Assembly: GCA_963708295.1 (NCBI GenBank)
Contig: CAVPSJ010000008.1
Coordinates: 96,001 to 160,000 of the forward strand
Source of the DNA: an uncultured delta proteobacterium
GTDB lineage: Bacteria; Desulfobacterota; BSN033; UBA1163
Reading direction: 5' to 3'
Length of the DNA stretch: 64,000 bases
Part shown: piece after piece, positions 31,589 to 43,642 of the stretch
Layout of the letters: each line of letters starts with the position of its first letter
Position numbering within the stretch: position 1 is the stretch's first letter
Translations under genes and position numbers: made by a program
The notes under the pieces: generated by a model
The model's database searches: none
Seen by the model: only the letters and a program-made list of their open reading frames with translations
Told to the model about the DNA's origin: nothing

Positions 31589-32573
31589 TTACTTGATCAA
31601 TCCTCCCTTGGTCATGAGGTCTTTATGAATGACTTCCTGCTCTCCGACCCATTTGGCATAATCAGGGCCTGAAAGGAACGCTGCCTTAAGACCCATGTCT
31701 GAGACGTATTTTTTCCATTCCGGGAGTTTCGGTGACTTTCTTCAAACAGTCCACATAGAAATCCTGCTGCTCTTTTGTGATGCCGGGGGCTGCAAAGATA
31801 CCACGAAGCATCAGATAGCTCATATCCACACCCGTAGCTTCCTTCATCGTCGGAATCTTATCCCACTCCGGAAGGGCAATGCGCGCGTGATCAATGGTCG
31901 CTAACGGTTTCAGTCTTCCCGCCTTCCAGTGGCTGACGGCTTCTGCAGGATTGTTGACTGTTGAATTGATGTGCTTGCCGACGAGCTCGACCGCCACATC
32001 TCCGCCACCCTTGAAGGGGACATAGGTAAACTTTACGCCAAAGGCCTGCTCCATCATGATGGTGATGATTTGGTCTTCCTGGGCTGTCCCTGTTCCACCC
32101 ATCATGAATTTTCCCGGTTCTTTTTTTACGGCATCGAGGTATTCTTTAACCGTCTTATAAGGGGCCTCCGCATTGACCCAGAGGACAAAATAGTCAAGGG
32201 CAAGGCGGGCAAGCGGTGTCATATCCTTCCAACTGAAAGGAACACCTGTTGCCAGAGGGGTTGTAAAGAGATTGGACAGGGTGATGATCACCGTATTGGG
32301 GTCACCCTTTTTCCCCTTGACATACATAAACCCTTCCGCCCCTGCACCTCCTGACTTATTAATCACGATCCAAGGTGTTGGGCAAAGCTTGTACTTCGAG
32401 ACAAGCGGGGAGATGAATCGAGCCATCTGGTCAGCCCCACCACCCGATCCCGCAGGGACGACGAACTCCACGGGCTTATTGGGCTGCCAGGCGTCTGCCG
32501 TTCCGATCATGCCGAAAAACATCATCAATGAACAAACCGCTACCCCCATCATTCTTAATGGCACTTTTTTCAT
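31589..32573 (-). CDS. tctC: TctC substrate-binding protein (frameshift near 31725)
   Basis: Signal peptide; PVEFVVPAGSGGGADQMAR and YVPFKGGG motifs. Confidence 0.9.
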
Positions 32574-32727
32574 GTCTTACCTCCTCTCAAGGGTTTTAGA
32601 AGACGAATCCAAGAATTCCTTTTTGACACTTCAACAGAGACCCCTGGAATCTTCCTTTTTCAATTCTTTTTTCGCACCCCATCCCTGAACCGTGTGAGGA
32701 TCAAGGATGGGTGGACCTTTTTTTCCG

Positions 32728-33763
<1,036 letters not shown>

Positions 33764-34958
33764 CTATATTTCTTCTTCAAAACCAACCCAGTAAACAAGC
33801 TGCTGGGTCTTCTTATCTTTGGCCATCTGCGTGAGGATTTTAGCCATGTAGTAGAAATCCTCGAGCATGATGACATCCCCACCCAAACCGGCCATAAAAG
33901 AGGTAACCAGTGGTCTTTTATCCAGATCGTAAAGAGAGGTCCTGACTTCATGAATCAGATTTCCACCTCTCGTTGCACCACCGTAAGAAGTGCTGCTCTC
34001 CACGCAACCCACTGCTTTCACCTGAGAGAGAGCCTCCGCAATTTGCTCGGTGGGCCAGGGACGAACCCATCTCGGCCTTACCATCCCTGCCTTTACTCCC
34101 TGGCTTCGGAGATGGTTGATTGCCGACTTGCAGGTATTGGCATGAGCCCCTTGGATGAAGAATGCGATTTCCGCATCCTCCATCTTATATTTCTCCAGAT
34201 AGGGGTCATAATTTCGTCCGAAAATGCGGTTGAAATCATCGATCGCTTTTTCGATTACTTTTGGAAGTTCCAAAAAGGTCATTGCCCTCTGCGCATCCAT
34301 CGGTGCACCCTGATCGGGCCGGATTTGCGGACCGTGCGATACCGGGCATTGAGGACTGAGAGGATGAGGAGCCTTATAGGGAGGTAAAAATTCTCTCACC
34401 TGGGCCATCTCAGGTAGAATGACCTTATCCGGAATATGGGAAAGGAAGTAACCATCCTGGCATACAAACTGGGGCAGCATGATCCGCGGGTCTTCTCCCA
34501 CGCGGTAATTGATCAAGGTATTATCAAAGACCTCCTGTGGGGTTGCGGCCCAGCCCATCAACCAACCCTGATCCCTTGCAGACATGGCATCGGTATGCTC
34601 CGAACCAAAATCACCCGGAGGATCGAGGGTTCGATCCGCAATGGCCATCTGGAAGAGGATAACGGCCGCCGGCTGCCGGGCTATAGACTTCAAACGCATA
34701 GGTGACACCCACTCCGGAACTTCCGGTATAGGCACGGGCGCCGGCTGCCGAAGCGCCAAGCGCCACGGAGACCTGGGCGTGCTCGCCTTCACCATGGATA
34801 AATTCTGCATCCAGTTCGCCGTTGGCGACCATTCTGGCAAGCTCCATCATGATCGCCGTATAGGGACGGATGGGGAACGAACAGATGACCTCTACTTCTG
34901 CAAATTTTGCTCCTTGTGCTGCTGCTGCGCAGCCGCTGAGCATTTTTTCTTGAGCCAT
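33764..34958 (-). CDS. oorA: Oxalate oxidoreductase alpha subunit, frameshift near 34660
   Basis: FPIRPY, GEGEHAQ, ADRTLDPPGDFG and GPQI match the OOR-specific residues (PFOR has YPITP). Confidence 0.85.
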
Positions 34959-34974
34959 AATTTTTCCTCCTTCA

Positions 34975-35304
34975 TTAGAAAGGTTTTTCGAGACGAACAA
35001 CCCCATCCTCAAAGTCAAGCTCTGGGGCAGCACTCAGGGCATCCGCCGGACATTCGTGGATGCAGATCTGACAGCCTTTGCAAAACTTCCAATTCCATTC
35101 CATCTTTTCTTCCTTTTCATTGAAAGACCAGCAGGAATCGGGACAGGCGATATAACAGGTAAAACAGCGGGTGCACTTCTCATGGTCAATCACGGGACGA
35201 ACAATCCGCCAGTTTGACGTGATGAAAAGCTCCTGCTGCTTGACCGGGGCGGGCGTGATCGCCCCAAAGGGAACTTCTCTGTCTTTTGGAACTTTTATAG
35301 GCAT
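34975..35304 (-). CDS. 2-oxoacid oxidoreductase delta (2x[4Fe-4S]) subunit
   Basis: WRIVRPVID, CTRCFTCYIACP and CKGCQICIHECP. Confidence 0.92.
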   Translation of the reverse strand: MPIKVPKDREVPFGAITPAPVKQQELFITSNWRIVRPVIDHEKCTRCFTCYIACPDSCWSFNEKEEKMEWNWKFCKGCQICIHECPADALSAAPELDFEDGVVRLEKPF

Positions 35305-35414
35305 AACCTTCTCCTTTCTATTAACTTCTTAATATAAGTGATTTATCATTCTGCATTCCGCATTCTGCAATCCGCACTCGGGATCAGCCTCCCCAGAAGT
35401 ACTCAGCCCGGGAT

Positions 35415-36023
35415 TTACGAAATTTTTGGAGTTTTCACTTCATTATAGCCACGATCCATGGCTGCAACGTCGCTCACAATCTTTGCCAGGTTCTCTTTTT
35501 TGGCCATACCCGTCACCCTCGCCATCGCTCCAAGGATGGGGGCGGCAATGCCGGCTCCAATTCCTGCCGTGTCAACCCCTCCTTCAGAACCGGAGAAGTC
35601 AACCGTCTTTATCCCGGAGATTCCATCGGCGTCCACCGTGGCAATGGCACCCAGCAGATCCGCATTCGGAATAAATTTGAGCATATAATCGATCGGCCGG
35701 TTCGTATTGATGATCAGGAGACCGCCTTCAGGCATCCCTTTGAGCACATTGATCCCTTTAACGATGGTGGGTTCAACGATCACCACCACATCCGGGTGAG
35801 CGTTCGTATAGAGATATTTCATCTCGATCTCTTCATCACTGATTCTCGCGTATTTCCGGGTCGTAACGAGCACACGATCGGGCAGGTCTTCGTAATTGTC
35901 AAAGGCCTGGACGAATTTGCCCTCCATCTTTGCAGCCTGGGCAAAGGCATTGGCGACGTCACGGGCCTCTTTGTCCATGACCACCCCTCGTGTCCAAACA
36001 GTTATTTCAGTCACTTTACCCAT
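35415..36023 (-). CDS. Oxalate oxidoreductase gamma-type subunit
   Basis: ITVWTRGVVMDKEARD, YEDLPDR and GIGAGIAAP, as recalled from the N-terminal part of the Moorella OOR delta chain. Confidence 0.85.
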   Translation of the reverse strand: MGKVTEITVWTRGVVMDKEARDVANAFAQAAKMEGKFVQAFDNYEDLPDRVLVTTRKYARISDEEIEMKYLYTNAHPDVVVIVEPTIVKGINVLKGMPEGGLLIINTNRPIDYMLKFIPNADLLGAIATVDADGISGIKTVDFSGSEGGVDTAGIGAGIAAPILGAMARVTGMAKKENLAKIVSDVAAMDRGYNEVKTPKIS

Positions 36024-36099
36024 AAACGAATACCTCCTTAAAGCAATGTTGATCAATTAAACTGATTTTCCTAAACCTTAACACCAGAACATAATCCGT

Positions 36100-36820
36100 T
36101 TAATGACGGCGATGACTTTTTCCCACCTCCTTTCTTTTTTTAAAGAGTATATCTTCCACCTCCTCCAAGTGCCGACGCATGGCCTGTCGACTGGCTGCAG
36201 GATTACGCCTCTTGATGGCAGCAAGGATCTCCTGATGGCCTTGAAGGGATTTCTGTTTTCTTTCCTCCGTTTGAAGGTACCTCTCACGGGTTTGTCTCAA
36301 GAAGGTCGAAAAGGGCAAGCAGAAGACGTTCCAAAACCCTGTTTCTTGCCATCCGGGCCAGACAATGATGAAAATCGGAATCGGTTTGAATCGGGTTCAT
36401 CCCGCGGCCGACTTCCTTTTCTTGTTCTTTGAGGATCTCCTCCAGCTCGTTGATTTCTTCGGGGGCTGCATTTTCTGAAGCCAGTTGAGCCACTTCGGGC
36501 TCGATGATTTTACGGAGGGAAAAGATATCGATCAGATCATCCTTTTCATGAAAGAGGGAGGTGGCCAAGGGTTGCACCAGGGCTTCTTCACTCGAGGCGA
36601 TGACGTAAGTTCCATTTCCCTGTCGTCTCTCCACAAGGTTCATCGTTTCAAGGGAAAAGATGGCCTCCCTGACAGAGGCGCGGGATACCTTGAAGGTTTC
36701 GACTAGTTCTCTTTCTGTCGGGAGCTGGTCGCCTCGCTTTAATTTCCCCTTCTCGATAAGATGATCGATCTGTCTTACGATATCCTCATAGGCTCGCTTT
36801 TTTCTCACTGCTTTCAACAT
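36100..36820 (-). CDS. FadR/GntR transcriptional regulator (frameshift near 36295)
   Basis: LPTERELVETFKVSRASVREA wHTH; DSDFH and HQEIL in the FCD domain. Confidence 0.9.
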
Positions 36821-38949
36821 GAGGAAACCCCTCCTTCTCCTGAACCTCTTTGAGCGCCTCTTCAAAATGAGAAGCAGTGACCAAAAGCTTCTTTGATTTG
36901 CTTTTCTCCGGGTCTTGGATCAACCCGCCGATGGCCATCATGGTTGCACTCCTGCAGATGAAGGCGATTTGAGAACCCGCCATCCCTTCCGTGCCTTTGG
37001 CCAATTCCGCCAGGTCGACGTCGTCGGCTAAGGGCCTCTCTTTCGTGTGGACCCGAAAGATCTCCAACCGCTCTTCCTCATCGGGGATGGGAAATTTAAG
37101 AATATAATCGAGCCGTCCGGCGCGCATTAAGGCGGGATCGAGCAAATCTTCACGATTCGTCGCCCCGAGCACGATGACCTGAGAAAGATCGCTCAGGTTA
37201 TCCAACTCGTTGAAAAACTGACTGGCCATGCGTTCAACCGCCCCGCCGTCACTTCCGTAACCGCGGGTGGTCACGAGGGCATCGATTTCATCGAAGAACA
37301 GGATGCAGGGGGCCGACTGTTTCGCCTTCTTAAAGATCTGATGGAGCGCCTTTTCTGATTCTCCAAGCCATTTCGAGAAAAGGATGGGACCGCTGATGGA
37401 GATGAAATTCAAGCCCGTTTCGCCCGCCAAAGCCTTTGCCATCAGCGTCTTCCCCGTGCCTGAGGGCCCGGAGAAAAGAACCCCTCTCGGGGGGCGCACG
37501 TTTCCTTCGTCAAAAAGCTCCGGGAATTTGTGAGGCCAGTCGACGATGGAGATAAGGGTTTCTCTGATTCGCTTCAATCCGCCGATGTGATGCCACTGGA
37601 CCTTAGACCTTTCGGTGTAGAATTCACGCGTGGCCGTGGGTTCAATCTCACGGAGGGCGGTTAAGAAATCCTCCATGGTGATCTGCAGATGATCCGGGTT
37701 GAGCAGCATGGCATCGAGATGATTTTCGCCCTCGAGAGAAAGATATCTCCTTAAAGCCACCATCCCCGCCTCTTTGCATAAGGCCTCGATGTCCGCTCCG
37801 ACAAAGGCATGGGTAATTTGCGAAAGACGGTCCAGATCGACATCCGGGGCCAGAGGCATACGGCGGCTGTGAATCCTGAGAATGGCCAGGCGGCCTTCGA
37901 CGTTGGGAACCGGAAGAGCGATCTCACGGTCGAAGCGACCCGGTCGTCTGAGAGCGGGGTCGATCATCTCCGGGATGTTGGTGGCGCCGATAACGATCAC
38001 CTGTCCGCGGGAGACCACCCCATCCATCAGGGCCAGGAGCTGGGCAACCACCCTTTTTTCGACATCCCCTAAAACCTCTGCGCGCTTTGGAGCAATGGCA
38101 TCGATTTCGTCGATAAAGATGATGCTGGGCGCATTGCGGGTTGCATCTTCAAAGATCTCCCGGAGGCGGGCTTCACTTTCGCCGTAGAATTTATGGATGA
38201 TTTCCGGTCCGTTGACACGGATAAAATGGAGCTTGGTTTCGCTGGCGATGGCGCGGGCAATCAAGGTTTTCCCCGTCCCGGGAGGACCGTAGAGAAGCAC
38301 CCCCTTGGGTGCTTCGACCCCCAGTTTTTCAAAGACTTCCGCGTAGCGCAAGGGGAGTTCGACCATCTCGCGAACGAGCCTTAATTCTCTTCTGAGTCCG
38401 CCCACATCCTCGTAAGAGACATGAGAAGGTGGCTTCGACGGGGAAATCCGGGTTTTTGATGAGGAATTTGGTTTTTGAGTTAATCAAGACCCCCCCGGAG
38501 GGGGAAGTCGCTTCGACCAGGAAAAAACGGTCTTTCCCCGTCAAAAAGGGAATATTGATTTTATCCCCAATCAGGACGGGTAATCCCTGGAGGATTTTTG
38601 GAAACTGCTCCAACTCGGTTCCTTCCGGGACGACGTTTGTTAAATCGAGAGGCGTGATAAGGACCGTGGCGGCGATTTTATAGGGGATTTTTTTTATTCT
38701 TACAATTTCCCCCAGGTTTACCTCGGCATTGCTGCGGGTGATCCCGTCGATCTGAATGATTTTTTTCCCGTAATACTCGGGGAAGGTTCCGGTGATCCTG
38801 GCGACGGTCTTTTTCTCCCCGCTCATCTCGATCAGATCGCCAAGGACGCCCCCTAATGCCTTGATATCCTCTGGATCAAGGCGCGCCAATCCCTTCCCGA
38901 CGTCTTCAGCCATTGTCTCGCTTACTCTTAGATCTATCGTCGCCGACAT
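36786..38949 (-). CDS. CDC48/p97-family AAA ATPase (frameshift near 38425)
   Basis: N-domain DVGKGLARLD/IDGITRSNA; two AAA modules GPPGTGKT and GPSGTGKT, each with DEID and RxGR. Confidence 0.92.
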
Positions 38950-39078
38950 TCAGGAAGCCTCTATCCAGGGAGCAGGAAATCGAACCCTTTCGCCGTGAAG
39001 GAAAACGTTCTTGTGTGGCCGGGATGTTGCCCCGCTGGGACGTTGGAGAGGAAACAATGAGCTCTACCTGCGGGGCTT

Positions 39079-39141
39079 CATTGGTTTAGTGATCAGACCA
39101 TTCAACAAGTCTTTTTATCCAAAAGTCTGTACTCTTGTCAA
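39079..39141 (-). promoter_or_regulatory. Promoter plus FadR-type operator upstream of cdc48-fadR-oor
   Basis: Minus strand TTGACA-17/18 bp-(A)TAAAA followed by AATGGTCTGATCACTAAACCAAT, resembling TGGTCnGACCA boxes of LldR/PdhR. Confidence 0.6.
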
Positions 39142-39356
39142 GACATTTTTTTGAGACTTTCCCGAATTTTCGGCTAGGGGGGGAGGAGATGATCGGTCTG
39201 TTTGCCCCGTTCGAGACTTGTCTCTACATGGGGTGAACGCGGGGTTGAATGTCCCGTGTGAGCCTTCGCGTTAGAATGGTGAAGACTTTCCCAACGGGGT
39301 TTATTTGTCTCCTTTTCTTGCTTTCTCCAAAAGAATTTCTGCACGAACAGGATGGG

Positions 39357-40238
39357 TTATTCCAGAGGAATATCAACAGGCACATTGCCTTCCCTGATCG
39401 GTGGAACGATGGGGGGTTGCCCCGTTTTCTTCAAAATCTGCCGCCCTTCTGCAGAGAGCATCAGTTTGATGAAGTGATTCGCTGAAGTGATATTCTTTGC
39501 AGTACATGGAATTGTAGCCACGTTCCGGATATTTTCACTCAGGTTTACCTTTGCAGGAAATGAAATGATATCCGTTTCATCGGCAACCGTCACCGCGGCT
39601 GACAGATAGACGATACCGGCATCGGCCTTACCGCTTTTAACCGCTTTCAAAACATCAGGAATAGTTTCTTCCTTTACGGCCCTGTCTATTATCCTTTGCG
39701 ACACATCCGGCTTGCCTTCGGCTGCCGCTGCTCTTTTGATAAATTCAATCGTCCGGTTAGTGGCCATGTCTTTTTCACCGGTTACCCGCGCAAGCTTTAC
39801 CTCGTCCTTGATCAAATCGGTCATTTGCTTCACACCAAGTGGGTTGCCTTTTTTCGTGATAATCACCAGTTCATTGGCCGAAAATACGACGTACCAGGAT
39901 GCGGCGTCCTTGCTGCCGACCTTCTTGCCGAACATATTCTTAACCACCGCCGGATCGGAAGGTGCGAAGACGTCGCAGACATCCCCTTTGAGGATTCGCT
40001 CGGCCAGCTCTCTGGACCGACCGGAGGTAAGATTCACGATGATGCCGGGGTTTTTCCCCTCAAACGCTCTTTTCATTTCGTTCATCGGGCCAGCCAATGA
40101 ATCAGCATGCCACACCTCTAAAGTCATTTTTTCCCCTCCCGCATTTTGGGCAGCCGCCGCAGTTTGGCAGTACCCGGCCAATGCTACCATCAATACCAGT
40201 AAACCCAGGGAACAGAGGACTTTCGAGAACGAAGACAT
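39357..40238 (-). CDS. ModA/WtpA-like oxyanion-binding periplasmic protein
   Basis: HADSL, SGRSRELA, DVFAPSD, NELVI and DAGIVY motifs; signal peptide. Confidence 0.8.
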   Translation of the reverse strand: MSSFSKVLCSLGLLVLMVALAGYCQTAAAAQNAGGEKMTLEVWHADSLAGPMNEMKRAFEGKNPGIIVNLTSGRSRELAERILKGDVCDVFAPSDPAVVKNMFGKKVGSKDAASWYVVFSANELVIITKKGNPLGVKQMTDLIKDEVKLARVTGEKDMATNRTIEFIKRAAAAEGKPDVSQRIIDRAVKEETIPDVLKAVKSGKADAGIVYLSAAVTVADETDIISFPAKVNLSENIRNVATIPCTAKNITSANHFIKLMLSAEGRQILKKTGQPPIVPPIREGNVPVDIPLE

Positions 40239-40298
40239 GAAGGAACCCTCCTTTGCTCGATGCGCGACAATCCAGGGTCTTCCCCGCTTGCCGAACGA

Positions 40299-41795
40299 CT
40301 AAAACAAGGCTCGGCGGACTCGGCCCCATGCAAGGGAAATCGCCGGCCAGAACAGCAGGAGGAGCCCGGCGGTCATAATCGCGCCGACAAGCCAGTTTGA
40401 AAAGAAAATACTCAATGCTCCCTGGGATCCCAATATGGCCTGGCGGAACGAAACTTCAGTCGGGTCTCCAAGCACTATGGCCAATATCAGAGGTGCCAAT
40501 GGATAATCCAGCTTTTTGAAGACATAACCGATAACGCCGAATGTCAGCATGACCCAGATGTTGAACATGGCATTGTTCACGGTGAAGGCGCCGATCGCAC
40601 ACACCACGACAATGACCGGGGCGATGATCGAAAAGGGGATGCGAAGGATCGCCGCGAATAGCGGCACGGTGGACAGAACGATGACCAGGCCGACGACGTT
40701 CGACAGATACATGCTGGCGATCAGGCCCCAGACAAAGTCCTTTTGCTCGATGAACAACAGCGGACCCGGCTGCAGCCCCCAGATCATCAGGCCGCCCAGC
40801 AGCACCGCTGCAGTGGCAGAGCCGGGGATGCCCAGCGCCATCATCGGCAGCAGCGCGGCGCAGCCGGACCCGTGGGCAGCAGTCTCGGGTGCAAGCACGC
40901 CTTCCAGTTCACCCTTGCCGAAATTGGCGCCATTTTTTGAAATGCGCTTAGCAAGGCCGTAGCTCATGAAGGATGCGGCTGTTGCACCGCCCGGTTTGAA
41001 ACCCATCCATGCACCGATGGCCATGCCTAAGAGCAGCGTCAGCCAGTACTTTGGTAGCTTTTTCCATGTTTGCCACACGACCTTCGGGTTGATCTTGGCG
41101 TGTACACCTTGGAATTTAAGACCCTCTTCCATGCTGACCAGGATTTCTCCGACGCCGAACAGGCCGATCACCACAACCAGGAAATCGACGCCCCGCAGCA
41201 GCTCGGACCAACCAAAGGTAAGGCGGAGCGTGCCGCTGACGTTATCCATGCCGATTTGGGCCACGCCAAAGCCGAGCATTAGGGAGGCGATGGTCTTGAA
41301 CGGGTCCTTGCCCGTGCCGATGAAACTGGCAAAGGTCAGAAAATAGACGGCAAAGAATTCCGGTGGACCGAATTTCAGCGCAAACTTTGCCACCAGCGGC
41401 GCAAGGAAGGTGATCATCAAAACGGAAAAAAGGGCGCCGAAGAACGATCCGGTGAAGGAGGCGGTGAGAGCTTCGCCGGCCCTGCCCTGCTGGGCCAGGG
41501 GGTAGCCGTCGAACGTGGTGGCCACCGAATGCGATTCACCGGGAATATTGAACAGGATCGAGGTAATGGCTCCTGCAAACAACGAGCCCCAATAGATACA
41601 CGATAACATGACGATTGCCGAGGTGGGAGACATAGTAAACGTGAGCGGCAGCAGGATGGCAACGCCGTTCGGCCCTCCCAAGCCCGGCAGCACGCCGACG
41701 ATTATTCCCAGTATAAGGCCGATCGCCATCATGCCGAGGTTATACCAGCTAAATATAAGCAAAAAACCATGGAATAGATTTGCCAGGTCCGCCAC
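40299..41795 (-). CDS. tctA: TTT permease TctA
   Basis: GVLPGLGG, NIPGE and GIPGSAT; close paralog of 29470-30978. Confidence 0.95.
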   Translation of the reverse strand: MADLANLFHGFLLIFSWYNLGMMAIGLILGIIVGVLPGLGGPNGVAILLPLTFTMSPTSAIVMLSCIYWGSLFAGAITSILFNIPGESHSVATTFDGYPLAQQGRAGEALTASFTGSFFGALFSVLMITFLAPLVAKFALKFGPPEFFAVYFLTFASFIGTGKDPFKTIASLMLGFGVAQIGMDNVSGTLRLTFGWSELLRGVDFLVVVIGLFGVGEILVSMEEGLKFQGVHAKINPKVVWQTWKKLPKYWLTLLLGMAIGAWMGFKPGGATAASFMSYGLAKRISKNGANFGKGELEGVLAPETAAHGSGCAALLPMMALGIPGSATAAVLLGGLMIWGLQPGPLLFIEQKDFVWGLIASMYLSNVVGLVIVLSTVPLFAAILRIPFSIIAPVIVVVCAIGAFTVNNAMFNIWVMLTFGVIGYVFKKLDYPLAPLILAIVLGDPTEVSFRQAILGSQGALSIFFSNWLVGAIMTAGLLLLFWPAISLAWGRVRRALF

Positions 41796-41961
41796 TTGAC
41801 AATCCTCCTAAACGGTAACGCTTTCAAAAATCGCATAGCGCATAGGGCCCTTCGATTTCACTCAGGGCAGGCGCCGCGCATGGCGTAAGAACTCAAAATA
41901 AAAGTTAAAAATTAAACCAGAGACTATTTCCATGATATCAGAGGGAATTGGTGAAAACCGC

Positions 41962-42477
41962 TTAATAACCGAACAGGGCTTCCAGCGGCCCCTTGGGCAG
42001 CGGAACCATGAACTGAATTTCAAACATCCAGAAAAGCATTATACTTATGCAGACGCTGACCAGGATGACTTTAAGCCAGCTGAACTTGGCCAGCGCCCGC
42101 ATGAAGCCCCCGATGAACACCGCGGAGGCGACATAGATGCCAATGAATTGGGTGACCAATACATAGAGAACAGCAGGTATCAGCACGTAAAGCACCATCT
42201 TGAAACGGTCCCAAGAAACGAAGAGTTCATGATTGCGGTGTTTGCCGAAAAGCGCCCTGAGTAAAATGACAACGCTTGAAATACTGATGATGGCCCCGGT
42301 GCGGAACGGAAAGTATCCAGCCTGAGGCCCTTCAGGGGCCCAACCCATCCCGATTCTCTGGCTGTCCATCATCATCACAACGCCGATGAGGAAGATGGCG
42401 ACTGCCACGATCACCTCCGCTGCCTGATAGGTCAACCGGACCGAACGAGGTCGTTCCTGCGTTTGTTTCTGTTCCAT
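41962..42477 (-). CDS. tctB: TctB
   Basis: GPQAGYFPF and VPLPKGP motifs. Confidence 0.9.
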   Translation of the reverse strand: MEQKQTQERPRSVRLTYQAAEVIVAVAIFLIGVVMMMDSQRIGMGWAPEGPQAGYFPFRTGAIISISSVVILLRALFGKHRNHELFVSWDRFKMVLYVLIPAVLYVLVTQFIGIYVASAVFIGGFMRALAKFSWLKVILVSVCISIMLFWMFEIQFMVPLPKGPLEALFGY

Positions 42478-42508
42478 GCACTACCTCCCCTGACGAACGG
42501 AGAAACAG

Positions 42509-42558
42509 AGCCGGTCCGGCGGATCGGGCTACAGTACCCGGACCCGCCGGAGCCGGCG
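42509..42558. terminator. GC-rich hairpin between tctC and tctB
   Basis: GCCGGTCCGGCGGATCGGG...CCCGGACCCGCCGGAGCCGGC. Confidence 0.55.
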
Positions 42559-42568
42559 TGATTCTGAG

Positions 42569-43582
42569 CTATTTCTTCGCTGCAAACCCGGCTTCGGTCA
42601 TCAGCTGTACGTGTTTTGCCATATCTTTTTTCAGGAAGTCGACAAACTCGTCTCCGGTGGCATAGTGCCGCGTGAGCGCCATGTTCTCGGTGTATTCTTG
42701 CCACTCCGGTTTTGAAACTACCTGTTTCAGCAGATCGGCGTAGAACGCGACCTGTTCCTTGGTGGTTCCGGGTGGCAGGAAGAAGGCGCGCAGCATCTGG
42801 TATTGCACATCGATTCCCTGCGACTTGCAGGTGGGGATGTCGGACCATGCTATGTCCGCAATCTTTTTCTTATAGTCCATGGGCTTATCGGAGAAAACGC
42901 ACAAGGGGCGCGCCGTGCCGGCCCGCCACTGAGCAACGTTCTCGCTGGGGTTGTTGACATTGGAATCGATGTGTTTACCGGCCAGTTGGGTGGAAGCCTC
43001 GCCTCCGCTTTTATAGGGGATATAGATTATTTTTTTCCCGACAACTTTTTCGAGTGCAACATTGATGATCTGGTCTTCTCGCTTCGAGCCGGTGCCGCCC
43101 ATCTTGAAGGACCCCTCCGACGCCGCTTTTATGGCGTTGACATAGTCCTTCGCCGTCTTGTAGGGCGAATCTGAATGGACCCACAGGATAAAATCATCCA
43201 AAGCGATCATTGCCACGGGGTTGAAGTTTTCCCAGCCGAGCGGCAGACCCTGCGCGATCGGCAGGGTATAGATGAGGGAGAACGCAACCAGGAGTTTGTG
43301 GGGATCAGCCTTGGCCTCTTTGACCTCCATGGCGCCCTCGGCGCCGCTCGCGCCGCCCTTATTGAAGATCATAACGGGCTGTTTGATCAATTTGTGCTTC
43401 AGAATGATGCCCTGGATTGTGCGCGCCATCTGATCTGACGCACCGCCCGCGCCGGCGGGAACAATGAACTCCACCGGCTTGGTGGGTTCCCAAGCGGCGG
43501 CGCCAGAGGGTACCGTCGCGGCACCTGCCAGGACTACCGCAGCCATCAGGATACTGTACGATAACCTTCTAATCTGTCTCAT
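42569..43582 (-). CDS. tctC: TctC substrate-binding protein
   Basis: WEPTKPVEFIVPAGAGG, MGGTGSKREDQI and YIPYKSGG motifs. Confidence 0.92.
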   Translation of the reverse strand: MRQIRRLSYSILMAAVVLAGAATVPSGAAAWEPTKPVEFIVPAGAGGASDQMARTIQGIILKHKLIKQPVMIFNKGGASGAEGAMEVKEAKADPHKLLVAFSLIYTLPIAQGLPLGWENFNPVAMIALDDFILWVHSDSPYKTAKDYVNAIKAASEGSFKMGGTGSKREDQIINVALEKVVGKKIIYIPYKSGGEASTQLAGKHIDSNVNNPSENVAQWRAGTARPLCVFSDKPMDYKKKIADIAWSDIPTCKSQGIDVQYQMLRAFFLPPGTTKEQVAFYADLLKQVVSKPEWQEYTENMALTRHYATGDEFVDFLKKDMAKHVQLMTEAGFAAKK

Positions 43583-43642
43583 CGTTTTTCCTCCTTCTTT
43601 TGGTTAGGTTCTTTTGGTGTATGAAACACCATCACTCCAATT

